DNA of 64,000 nucleotides from Veleropilina oligotropha (Eukaryota): NCBI GenBank assembly GCA_048128005.1, contig JBEUKZ010000071.1, positions 434,001 to 498,000 of the forward strand, read 5' to 3'. Shown piece by piece: positions 8,687 to 18,600 of this stretch (position 1 is its first letter; each line of letters starts with the position of its first letter). The notes under the pieces were generated by a model. It saw only the letters and a program-made list of their open reading frames with translations, ran no database searches and was not told where the DNA came from. The position numbers and the translations under genes were made by a program.

Positions 8687-9318
8687 TGGACAACAAACCC
8701 TCAGCGCCAACGCTGTACCCACAACTTGGTGGTGATGTGCCTTCGGAACTGCATGAGGCACAGTCTTTCCGACTACAGAAAGTGAATGAGCTTCAGGGAC
8801 AGCTAGAGCGAGAACGGGATGCCCGGGCTGCACTATATAAAAAGTACCGACGAGGTGTTAACGTCGTTGACGGTATAGATAACGGACTAGTCGTCGCCAC
8901 ACTTGGTATGGGTAGCGCTGGAATTGGTCTACTGTCCACAATTGTAGCCGCCCCGGTCGTCCTAGTGCTGGAACTAGCGGCATTAGGGTGTGGGCTCGCT
9001 AGTATGGGTGGAAAGTATATCAGCCGGCGCCTCGGGGTGAAGGCTAAGAAACACGACGAGATTCGAGTCCTGGCCGACAGCAAGCTGAATACCATAACCG
9101 ACCACGTCTCAAAGGCATTATCGGACGGGGTGATGTCTGATGATGAATTCCAACTGGTCACAGGGGAGATGGAAAAATACCAAGCTATGAAGGCATCAAT
9201 CCGGGATAAGAGTAGGAAGGCGCACACCGCGATTTCACAGACCCAGAGCGAGCTTATTGAGCGTGGTCGTTTAGAGGGTCGTGCAGAGCTGCTGAAAAAA
9301 ATCGGAGCTGGCGACTAA
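8683..9318 (+). CDS. Viral protein with a central hydrophobic hairpin flanked by coiled coils (211 aa)
   Basis: First ATG at 8683 (the track start at 8611 is GTG). Hydrophobic hairpin GLVVATLGMGSAGIGLLSTIVAAPVVLVLELAALGCGLASMGG, followed by KAKKHDEIRVLADSKLNTI...KALSDGVMSDDEF. Confidence 0.85.
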   Translation: MMDNKPSAPTLYPQLGGDVPSELHEAQSFRLQKVNELQGQLERERDARAALYKKYRRGVNVVDGIDNGLVVATLGMGSAGIGLLSTIVAAPVVLVLELAALGCGLASMGGKYISRRLGVKAKKHDEIRVLADSKLNTITDHVSKALSDGVMSDDEFQLVTGEMEKYQAMKASIRDKSRKAHTAISQTQSELIERGRLEGRAELLKKIGAGD

Positions 9319-9400
9319 CTATCCAGGTTGAGCGTAGCCACGACTACCCCGCTCCTCCCCCGTATTAAAGCTAGAAATCGACAGTGATATCTGGACAACC

Positions 9401-9832
9401 ATGAAATCCATGAAATCTATGCTACTGTGTATTGCCGCGGTGTGCTGGCTAGGGGGTGTGTCTACCCAGGCGTCGACACACAACACTGCATTAATTCTGG
9501 AACATACGTGGACTAGGTACCGAAATCATCCCAGGTATAACCCCCGATTCGATCACTTGCGAAGAAACTTGCTACTACGCCCGGGTAGAGACCCCACCCC
9601 TGATGTCTCTCCACCGTCATGCCACTATTTTATTATCGGAGATAATGACTGTAGCCCTGCCACACCAAGAGATACTGTCACATGTGTCCAGTGTTCGACC
9701 CCCTCGTTATGTCCTGGAAAAAATGGGGAGTATTATACCATGCTGTCTGGCTGCTTCGGTGTGTGGAGAAAAGTCGGACAAATCTCACCCTGTAATTGTA
9801 CTTTAATATCGGGTAACTATATATTCATATAA
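9401..9832 (+). CDS. Putative secreted cysteine-rich protein (143 aa)
   Basis: Signal-peptide-like N-terminus MKSMLLCIAAVCWLGGVSTQA, 8 Cys in the mature part, an NCT sequon, and ATTAAA just downstream (about 9848). Confidence 0.65.
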   Translation: MKSMKSMLLCIAAVCWLGGVSTQASTHNTALILEHTWTRYRNHPRYNPRFDHLRRNLLLRPGRDPTPDVSPPSCHYFIIGDNDCSPATPRDTVTCVQCSTPSLCPGKNGEYYTMLSGCFGVWRKVGQISPCNCTLISGNYIFI

Positions 9833-10414
9833 ACCAGCTGCTCCTGCATTAAAACATATTTTTCCGGCTTTCCCCTGCGTATATTGTACCATTCAAAGTT
9901 GGTTGAAGTTCACGCAGGGGCTGCTTCACCTCTTTGTCTGATTGCGCTTGTAAAAAAAAGATAAAATTGAAAAAAAACTCGAAAAAATATTCTGTTTATT
10001 ATTATTATTGCTTAAGTATGTATCATTGATGTCTCTCCTGTATATTCTTGTGTACATTGTACTGTAATATTAGTTATAGTTTGTACTGCGCTTAGAGCTT
10101 CACTAGGAGAGACATCAATGTATTAAATAATAATATTAATATCCCAGTCAGCTATCTTGCCCGATTTATGAATGGCAACAGTCGTTAAAAGCATGACACG
10201 CCATTTCTATAGTACTATAGAAATGCTGTCTGGCTGCTTCTGCGCGTATGAATGAAATACCTCGCTGTCCCGAGTCGACCCAGATATACAAAGTTACTGG
10301 ATCAAGTCAAGAGAGATTGGCCCAGATTTCTTGGTCTGGTCCCCAACATTTTGTTTGGCACAGAAATAATATATCGGTCCCCGTGTTTACATGGTAGACC
10401 GTAATCTAGTGGAG

Positions 10415-10610
10415 TCATGGTCACGTGGCAATGAGTTTCTAGAAAGTTCAGAAATCGTCAACAAGTATGTGTACGTGGAAAGCTCTAGAACGAACAGAGC
10501 TCGTCAACAAGTTATATATGGAAATGTGTACGTGGAAAGCTTCTAGAAGGCTGTAGAAGGCTGGAGGGGATTAGTGATATGAGTTTCGGCCGAAATGTCC
10601 ACAGGTAAGT
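10415..10610. promoter_or_regulatory. Cluster of heat-shock-element-like and E-box/ACGTG motifs with a consensus splice donor
   Basis: tTTCtaGAAagTTCa at 10436-10450, related copies at 10477-10491 and 10540-10559, GGTCACGTGGC at 10419-10429, TACGTG twice, and CAG|GTAAGT at 10602-10610. Confidence 0.5.
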
Positions 10611-10777
10611 GTTTAATTTAATTTACTATTCTAGGCTACCCTAGTTTGTACACACGGTGACTTTTTGTAATACAAGCCCTACCCTCAGTCCCAAAATATA
10701 GCTGGGAGCCTCCACAGTGGGCCCCGGGGCCTAGTCTAAACTCCCCTGCTGACTAGTCCGAGCACCCTGAGTTCTAA

Positions 10778-11080
10778 ACAGGTGCTGGGAGCTGTATTTT
10801 CCCATTCTATTAGAGTCCAATCACCCCCCCTGCTGCTGAGTTGAGATCCATATTAATTCTGAAAAGTGCTGGGAGCCTTAATTTCCCTCGCCGCGCCCCC
10901 AGATAAAAGGTATGGTCACCCCCCCCCGGAACAGGTGCTGGGAGCCTTATTTTCCCATTATAAAAGGTATGATCACCCCTGCTGCTGAGTTGAGATCCAT
11001 ATTAATTCTGAAAAGTGCTGGGAGCCTTAATTTCCCTCGCCGCACCCCCAGATAAAAGGTATGGTCACCCCCCCTGCTGC
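10778..11080. repeat. Two ~150-bp direct repeats in the element's terminal region (probably part of a TIR)
   Basis: TGCTGCTGAGTTGAGATCCATATTAATTCTGAAAAGTGCTGGGAGCCTTAATTTCCCTCGCCGC... starts at both 10831 and 10980; the sub-motif GCTGGGAGC occurs 5 times from about 10701. Confidence 0.9.
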
Positions 11081-11890
11081 TGCCTGTGCGAGCCGAAGAG
11101 CGGCAGTCCCGACCTAACTCCAAGCTAGGAAGCACGCCCGGGCGGGGCTCATTTTGTGTAGCATAGAAAATTGTATACTATGTTATTGTAATGTTGAGGA
11201 CTTATATAAATGAATTGTCCTGAAACTACCAATGCCTTGAAATGTAATAAGCAAGATAATAACTCAACGACTCCAGCTGATAGCGTCTGGTCACGGGGAT
11301 GTTATCGGGTACCATCGCATTCCAGCAGGGATATCACAACGGTCCAAAATACTGTTGGAATGAACTGAGTCGGCGAGTAGAGATAATAGCAGATAGCAGA
11401 GGAACCTAGACGACACGTATATCAGAAGACCATTAACCTCCCATGTGAGCTCCGAACATACGGCAAACAATTGCTACAGAACTATTTACTTATCCCATTA
11501 ACCCTGTGACGCTGTGACGGGCATTCCGCCAGTTCTTGAAGTCCGAACTTGGTAACACCATCTACAGCCCGCAGTGTAACACCTTGGCCTGTATGAATGA
11601 ATATGTCATCTTGTGTCGTGGTATTATCTGTCATGATGCTCTCCGGTTTGTCTGATCATGTTCAACTGCAGTCTGGGTCATTATGCCCCAGGCTGACATT
11701 ATACGTTAAGGTGACATTATGCTACATTACTTGACGTCCAACCCTCCAATGGTACCTGACAATTTGAAACTCCAATTCTTTACCGGTGATTATCAAGAAA
11801 TCGGTTTTTGTTTTTTCATGTTTTTGCGCATTTGGACAAAGTCTCCGGATCATACTTACTGATCTCATAGAATAAGACACACACCTTTAA

Positions 11891-12155
11891 AGGCCGGGAA
11901 AAGTGACCCCCTGGTCGAAGATTTTTCCCAGGCGTTGGGGGCGTAGTCTTACATTGGCGGGTATACAAGTTTGCCTGTGAAGTCTTGAGGTGATAATTGT
12001 TCTAACAACTAAAAACACACTTCGTAATTGGATTTCTGTTGTTTTAAACATGTGGCAACCAATCATGAGTCTTGATGTCGAGGTGGTCTGATCGGTTTCC
12101 AAATCAGAAATGATGTTGTCCCCGCCTTTCGCCTTTTATAGTGGCACCCTGGCCT
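11891..12155. mobile_element. Small non-autonomous DNA transposon, Kolobok-like
   Basis: TTAA|AGGCCGGG ... CCCTGGCCT|TTAA: short imperfect TIRs with TTAA on both sides. Confidence 0.55.
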
Positions 12156-12354
12156 TTAAGTGCATTTGTCAATGCATGCATTTAAATATGTCATTTTAAA
12201 CTTGTAGTTGTACGAGTACTTGAAATATTTTGCAACTAATGTACTGAGAAATTCCTTATGTGACAGATTGACTAAATTGCTGATGTGACGATTTCCGAAT
12301 GATAATAATTTAAATGAAATGTAATGATATTGTGCAGCCTTTTTAATGATATTG

Positions 12355-12560
12355 GGGGGAGGGGCCGAGTGGATATGGTGCTGGTGTACCAACAGAAGGT
12401 CCAGAGTTTAATTCTCTGAAGTGTCGGGGAGTTTTCTCATGATCGCTGCTTCCATTGCACACAGTACCCATTCACCTCATCTTTCAAAGTTTATTGACCC
12501 GATTTATGACTGAAATCTGTTGGCGTGGTTGTTTTAACATCAATTCTTCCATCCATCCTA
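12355..12560 (+). mobile_element. tRNA-derived SINE remnant
   Basis: A-box-like GGCCGAGTGG and a degenerate B-box. The body (GATCGCTGCTTCCATTG...TTGACCCGATTTATGACTGAAAT...AACATCAATTC) is shared with 53528-53640, and there is a simple-repeat tail. Confidence 0.55.
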
Positions 12561-12656
12561 ATGCTATGAAGCTGTTTCCATGTGATTTACAAAGGTAGAT
12601 AATTTCCATAGCAGTGGAATCATTAGATCCATTAGCCTGATGAATGTGTTTTTCAG

Positions 12657-12742
12657 ATATGGCATCCTGATCGACCCGGCTGTGGTTGTCCACGCGATGT
12701 CAGTACAGCCGTATAGCTGGCCAAACATCATCCTCATCTTAT
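12657..12742 (+). CDS. DGAT1: DGAT1 exon (vertebrate exon 4 equivalent), 86 bp
   Basis: ttttcag|A TAT GGC...TTA T|gtgagt; encodes YGILIDPAVVVHAMSVQPYSWPNIILIL (human YGILVDP...PYSWPA). Confidence 0.92.
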
Positions 12743-12858
12743 GTGAGTAAATAATTATCCATTCTTAATTAGTGTCAAATTTACAATAAACTTGCTAAAT
12801 AATCAAATGATTTAAGGTTCGCTTTTCAATAAAAGTTATTTTGATCTATTTCTTTCAG

Positions 12859-12911
12859 TATCCAATGTTTTCATCTTAACAACATTCTATACGGAGTCAG
12901 CTCTTGCCAGA
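12859..12911 (+). CDS. DGAT1: DGAT1 exon (exon 5 equivalent), 53 bp
   Basis: tttcag|...|gtaagt; encodes SNVFILTTFYTESALAR; phase compatible with the flanking exons. Confidence 0.88.
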
Positions 12912-13263
12912 GTAAGTAATATTTATATATAGAGGATTTTATAACGAAACCCTCGACATCCGACAAGAATTCACTGAAACCAATTTGCGCCTATATATTT
13001 GTTATACCATATAATGAGACAATGGTTATAAATAATTACTCTATTTAAATAAACAACTGTTAATGAAATATGTTTCAATGTGGGTTTTGAATACATTTAC
13101 AGTCGGTCCAAATCATAAATACCACGTGCACCTCGTCCTTGAGTGTTTACATCAGCACGCACCATGTTTAGATCAGCTGGCTAGGTTTATCGCTACTTCA
13201 TGCAATTTCAGTACTTTTCTAATTCAGTACTGTATATGATTCATAATCACCATTTACGTCGCC

Positions 13264-13598
13264 TTCATTAGCAATATAAGTCTGGGATCTGAGTTTGAGG
13301 TACCCTCAGTAGGATATTACCATGTGATATTCATTAGCAATATAAGTCTGGGATCTGAGTTTGAGGTACCCTCAGTAGGATATTACCATGTGATATTCAT
13401 TAGCAATATAAGTCTGGGATCTGAGTTTGAGGTACCCTCAGTAGGATATTACCATGTGATATTCATTAGCAATATAAGTCTGGGATCTGAGTTTGAGGTA
13501 CCCTCAGTAGGATATTACCATGTGATATTCATTAGCAATATAAGTCTGGGATCTGAGTTTGAGGTACCCTCAGTAGGATATTACCATGTGATATTCAT
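13264..13598. repeat. Minisatellite, 66-bp unit x5
   Basis: TTCATTAGCAATATAAGTCTGGGATCTGAGTTTGAGGTACCCTCAGTAGGATATTACCATGTGATA in identical copies. Confidence 0.97.
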
Positions 13599-13676
13599 TG
13601 TGATGCAATATCGATCCGATTTAGCAAATGGCCCAATGAGTGTGTGCAAAATGTAGCCGGTGTTAGATTGCAATGG

Positions 13677-13868
13677 GCATTGTGATGCAGTAGCATTGTG
13701 ATGCAGTAGCATTGTGATGCAGTAGCATTGTGATGCAGTAGCATTGTGATGCAGTAGCATTGTGATGCAGTAGCATTGTGATGCAGTAGCATTGTGATGC
13801 AGTAGCATTGTGATGCAGTAGCATTGTGATGCAGTAGCATTGTGATGCAGTAGCATTGTGATGCAGTA
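13677..13868. repeat. Minisatellite, 16-bp unit x12
   Basis: GCATTGTGATGCAGTA tandem copies. Confidence 0.97.
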
Positions 13869-14902
13869 TGTGTCCGGTTGGAACTTGATGCAAAATGTAG
13901 CCGGCAATTGTTGGCCTACATGTATCCGGTATGTAGCCAGTATATTTAGTTGCTGTTCAAAGTGTACAGTGTGTAACATTATTATTAATCATAATTTGGT
14001 TTATTGCAGTATATTAAGTAAATTGTACTCTATATATCCGTGTTGTAATCAGTATGTGATCATGTATGGTGATTACATGAGGTACTTCCGTATTGTGTTG
14101 GATACGTACGTGTTGTAATCAATTGATTTCAACATAATGCGAAAAGATAGTGTATATATTACATGGTGTTATATTTAATATATACATACAAAATAAAGGT
14201 AAAATCCCGTTTAATAATAGCACAAATTGAATGATTCATTCTTCTAGGCCTCACTTCACAAAAACTCGTACGGACGACTGCAAAGCTTACCCCGCGTCTT
14301 CCCGATCTGTCGTACGAGTCCCTGCGATGCGGGAACCGGATGTTGTATTCTATGAATTGTGGCGTCATTCTAAGGAGATGAATTGGCATCACATTGTGGT
14401 GTGATCCAAATAAATACTGTATAGGATTGTGCTCAGCATATGCATGCTCTCCTACAAATAATTATTTGATATAAACAACATTCACAATGTTTTAATCTGG
14501 GCTCTTCTAATGAATTGATGCATTTGCATCCCTTCAGTGCTTCAGCACTTTGATTCAGGGTAGTTTTGTAATGTGATATTAATGAATCGCTGCCAGCTGC
14601 TCGCCGTAGTTAATGACAACATATGGAAGGCGCTTCCAGCTGCTAGCCGTAGTTGGTTTAAACAGTATTTATTTTGATAACTATATACACAAATATTTAC
14701 ATCAATATTTTATAATTCATTCCCTATTGTAATTATATCAGTGCTGAAATCCTAAAACATGTGAACCGGACTGGAAAGGTAATATGCAATCTTCTATTGT
14801 CTTCTGATGCTGGCTGCATCACCATGGTGACAGCCATTTGACAGAATGTAGTTTTGGTCTTATTCACTTTGACATAAATTCAAACTTGCTATTTATTTCC
14901 AG

Positions 14903-15005
14903 GCCTGGCTGTCTGAGTGCGCTGCCTTTGTCATCCACGCTATTACGTTAGTCTTGGTCATCTGCTTTCCAGCGTCTGTGATTTTATATCGACACCCTAA
15001 CCCAG
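14903..15005 (+). CDS. DGAT1: DGAT1 exon (exon 6 equivalent), 103 bp
   Basis: atttccag|...CCA G|gtaata; encodes AWLSECAAFVIHAITLVLVICFPASVILYRHPNP (human ...LHVANLATILCFPAAVVL). Confidence 0.9.
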
Positions 15006-15652
15006 GTAATAATAAAGATATTAACTATTGCTCTTGAATAAATGAGTGATCGGTTCAAAGGGAACACTACGTTTGAAGGACCTGAGGCTACTAACAAATA
15101 TCATACGTGTGAAGCCATACTTAACTTCCAAGCTCTGCCTCACATCGGATGCTTCCCCAGAGATCAAGCCTGTCGCATCGCCAACCCAACAAAGGCCTGC
15201 TCATGCAGCGACTGGCGACACCAAAAGCGCCACCGCTGACCGTCACCTGTGTAGGTAGATGAAGTTACACGGTGAGTGCAATGTCATACTTTCCGACAGT
15301 TGTCCTGATAATCCATATAGCGATGTATACATGGCAGACAATATACATCGGCATAGCTGGGACATGTTGCTTGGGCTAACGACTACTTCTGAACCAGCAA
15401 CATGTTTCAGCCTGGAATATATGCTATGGAGGTCGAACTGTTTGCAGCATCCAGCCTAATTGCCCCACCCATCTGGACGTATGCTCCCTTCCACACTGCG
15501 AGATGAAAGAGCTTACAGTCTGTATCCGAAGTTAGCTCTCCATTGTCGTCTTCACAGGCAATATTCATTAAGAATATGTTTTAACATTTCGAACCAGTAT
15601 AGTGGCTGCAAATATATGGCAGGCGAGAGAGGATTTTCTACCGCGATAACAT

Positions 15653-18600
15653 GGGCATGACCTGGTGTGAACCCCAAGGTTGTTATAGCGGGGCATGACC
15701 TGGTGTGAACCCCAAGGTTGTTATAGCGGGACATGACCTGGTATGAACCCCAAGGTTGTTATAGCGGGACATGACCTGGTGTGAACCCCAAGGTTGTTAT
15801 AGCGGGGCATGACCTGGTGTGAACCCCAAGGTTGTTATAGCGGGACATGACCTGGTGTGAACCCCAAGGTTGTTATAGCGGGACATGACCTGGTGTGAAC
15901 CCCAAGGTTGTTATAGCGGGACATGACCTGGTATGAACCCCGAGGTTGTTATAGCGGGACATGACCTGGTGTGAACCCCAAGGTTGTTATAGCGGGACAT
16001 GACCTGGTGTGAACCCCAAGGTTGTTATAGCGGGACATGACCTGGTATGAACCCCGAGGTTGTTATAGCGGGACATGACCTGGTGTGAACCCCAAGGTTG
16101 TTATAGCGGGGCATGACCTGGTGTGAACCCCAAGGTTGTTATAGCGGGACATGACCTGGTGTGAACCCCAAGGTTGTTATAGCGGGACATGACCTGGTGT
16201 GAACCCCAAGGTTGTTATAGCGGGACATGACCTGGTGTGGACCCCAAGGTTGTTAGCGAGACAAGCATTGATCCTCATCAATAATCAGTATATAGTGCAC
16301 TAACATGGGCATGACCTGGTGTGAACCCCAAGGTTGTTATAGCGGGGCATGACCTGGTGTGAACCCCAAGGTTGTTATAGCGAGACATGACCTGGTATGA
16401 ACCCCAAGGTTGTTATAGCGGGGCATGACCTGGTGTGAACCCCAAGGTTGTTATAGCGGGACATGACCTGGTGTGAACCCCAAGGTTGTTATAGCGGGGC
16501 ATGACCTGGTGTGAACCCCAAGGTTGTTATAGCGGGGCATGACCTGGTGTGAACCCCAAGGTTGTTATAGCGGGACATGACCTGGTGTGAACCCCAAGGT
16601 TGTTATAGCGGGACATGACCTGGTGTGAACCCCAAGGTTGTTATAGCGAGACATGACCTGGTATGAACCCCAAGGTTGTTATAGCGGGGCATGACCTGGT
16701 GTGAACCCCAAGGTTGTTATAGCAGGACATGACCTGGTGTGAACCCCAAGGTTGTTATAGCAGGACATGACCTGGTATGAACCCCAAGGTTGTTATAGCG
16801 GGGCATGACCTGGTGTGAACCCCAAGGTTGTTATAGCGGGACATGACCTGGTGTGAACCCCAAGGTTGTTATAGCGAGACATGACCTGGTGTGAACCCCA
16901 AGGTTGTTATAGCGGGACATGACCTGGTGTGAACCCCAAGGTTGTTATAGCGGGACATGACCTGGTGTGAACCCCAAGGTTGTTATAGCGGGACATGACC
17001 TGGTGTGAACCCCAAGGTTGTTAGCGGGACAAGCATTGATCCTCATCAATAATCAGTATATAGTGCACTAACATGGGCATGACCTGGTGTGAACCCCAAG
17101 GTTGTTATAGCGGGACATGACCTGGTGTGAACCCCAAGGTTGTTATAGCGGGACATGACCTGGTGTGAACCCCAAGGTTGTTATAGCGGGACATGACCTG
17201 GTGTGAACCCCAAGGTTGTTATAGCGGGACATGACCTGGTGTGAACCCCAAGGTTGTTATAGCGGGACATGACCTGGTGTGAACCCCAAGGTTGTTATAG
17301 CGGGGCATGACCTGGTGTGAACCCCAAGGTTGTTATAGCGGGACATGACCTGGTGTGAACCCCAAGGTTGTTATAGCGGGACATGACCTGGTGTGAACCC
17401 CAAGGTTGTTATAGCGGGACATGACCTGGTGTGAACCCCAAGGTTGTTATAGCGGGACATGACCTGGTGTGAACCCCAAGGTTGTTATAGCGGGGCATGA
17501 CCTGGTGTGAACCCCAAGGTTGTTATAGCGGGGCATGACCTGGTGTGAACCCCAAGGTTGTTATAGCGGGACATGACCTGGTGTGAACCCCAAGGTTGTT
17601 ATAGCGGGACATGACCTGGTGTGAACCCCGGTTGTTATAGCAGGACATGACCTGGTGTGAACCCCGAGGTTGTTATAGCGGGGCATGACCTGGTGTGAAC
17701 CCCAAGGTTGTTATAGCGGGACATGACCTGGTGTGAACCCCAAGGTTGTTATAGCGGGGCATGACCTGGTGTGAACCCCGGTTGTTATAGCAGGACATGA
17801 CCTGGTGTGAACCCCAAGGTTGTTATAGTGGGACATGACCTGGTGTGAACCCCAAGGTTGTTATAGCAGGACATGACCTGGTGTGAACCCCAAGGTTGTT
17901 ATAGCGGGACATGACCTGGTGTGAACCCCAAGGTTGTTATAGCGGGACATGACCTGGTGTGAACCCCAAGGTTGTTATAGCGGGACATGACCTGGTGTGA
18001 ACCCCGGTTGTTATAGCAGGACATGACCTGGTGTGAACCCCGAGGTTGTTATAGCGGGGCATGACCTGGTGTGAACCCCAAGGTTGTTATAGCAGGACAT
18101 GACCTGGTAGGAACCCCAAGGTTGTTATAGCAGGGCATGACCTGGTGTGAACCCCAAGGTTGTTATAGCGGGGCATGACCTGGTGTGAACCCCAAGGTTG
18201 TTATAGCAGGGCATGACCTGGTGTGAACCCCAAGGTTGTTATAGCGGGGCATGACCTGGTGTGAACCCCAAGGTTGTTATAGCGGGACATGACCTGGTGT
18301 GAACCCCAAGGTTGTTATAGCAGGACATGACCTGGTGTGAACCCCAAGGTTGTTATAGCGGGACATGACCTGGTGTGAACCCCAAGGTTGTTATAGCGGG
18401 ACATGACCTGGTGTGAACCCCAAGGTTGTTATAGCGGGGCATGACCTGGTGTGAACCCCAAGGTTGTTATAGCGGGACATGACCTGGTGTGAACCCCAAG
18501 GTTGTTATAGCGGGGCATGACCTGGTGTGAACCCCAAGGTTGTTATAGCGGGGCATGACCTGGTGTGAACCCCAAGGTTGTTATAGCGGGACATGACCTG

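Larger units (their letters stand above)
1..11159. mobile_element. Endogenous Polinton/Maverick (adintovirus-like) element, right part; left part outside the window
   Basis: GC-rich, intronless, tightly packed gene block with a retroviral-type integrase, packaging ATPase and capsid-like ORFs. It is followed by a repeat-rich non-coding end and an abrupt switch to AT-rich host DNA near 11160. The exact right end is inferred. Confidence 0.9.

Noticed and set aside
41..9227. Opposite-strand and alternate-frame ORFs in the virus (e.g. 263-511, 1948-2481, 4426-4866, 4670-5215, 8793-9227)
   Set aside because: They are shadows of longer, motif-bearing ORFs in GC-rich coding DNA, and many start at non-ATG codons.
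10605..10633. Mini-intron GTAAGT...TTCTAG in the virus end
   Set aside because: At 29 nt it is too short for a typical metazoan intron.
1..11159. Bacterial prophage or contaminant
   Set aside because: An rve integrase together with an A32-type ATPase and jelly-roll capsid candidates fits eukaryotic Polintons. The sequence is also contiguous with intron-containing animal DNA.
11497..11510. TTAACCCT as a piggyBac left end
   Set aside because: No matching AGGGTTAA right end was found nearby.
13324..13979. Repetitive ORFs over the 66-bp and 16-bp arrays (likewise 49253-49684 and 55233-57270)
   Set aside because: These are minisatellite translations inside introns.
16298..16345. CACTAAC branch-point consensus in the junction motif followed by AG|GT, suggesting recursive splicing
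   Set aside because: There is no polypyrimidine tract and the donor (GTTGTT) is weak; unsupported without RNA data.
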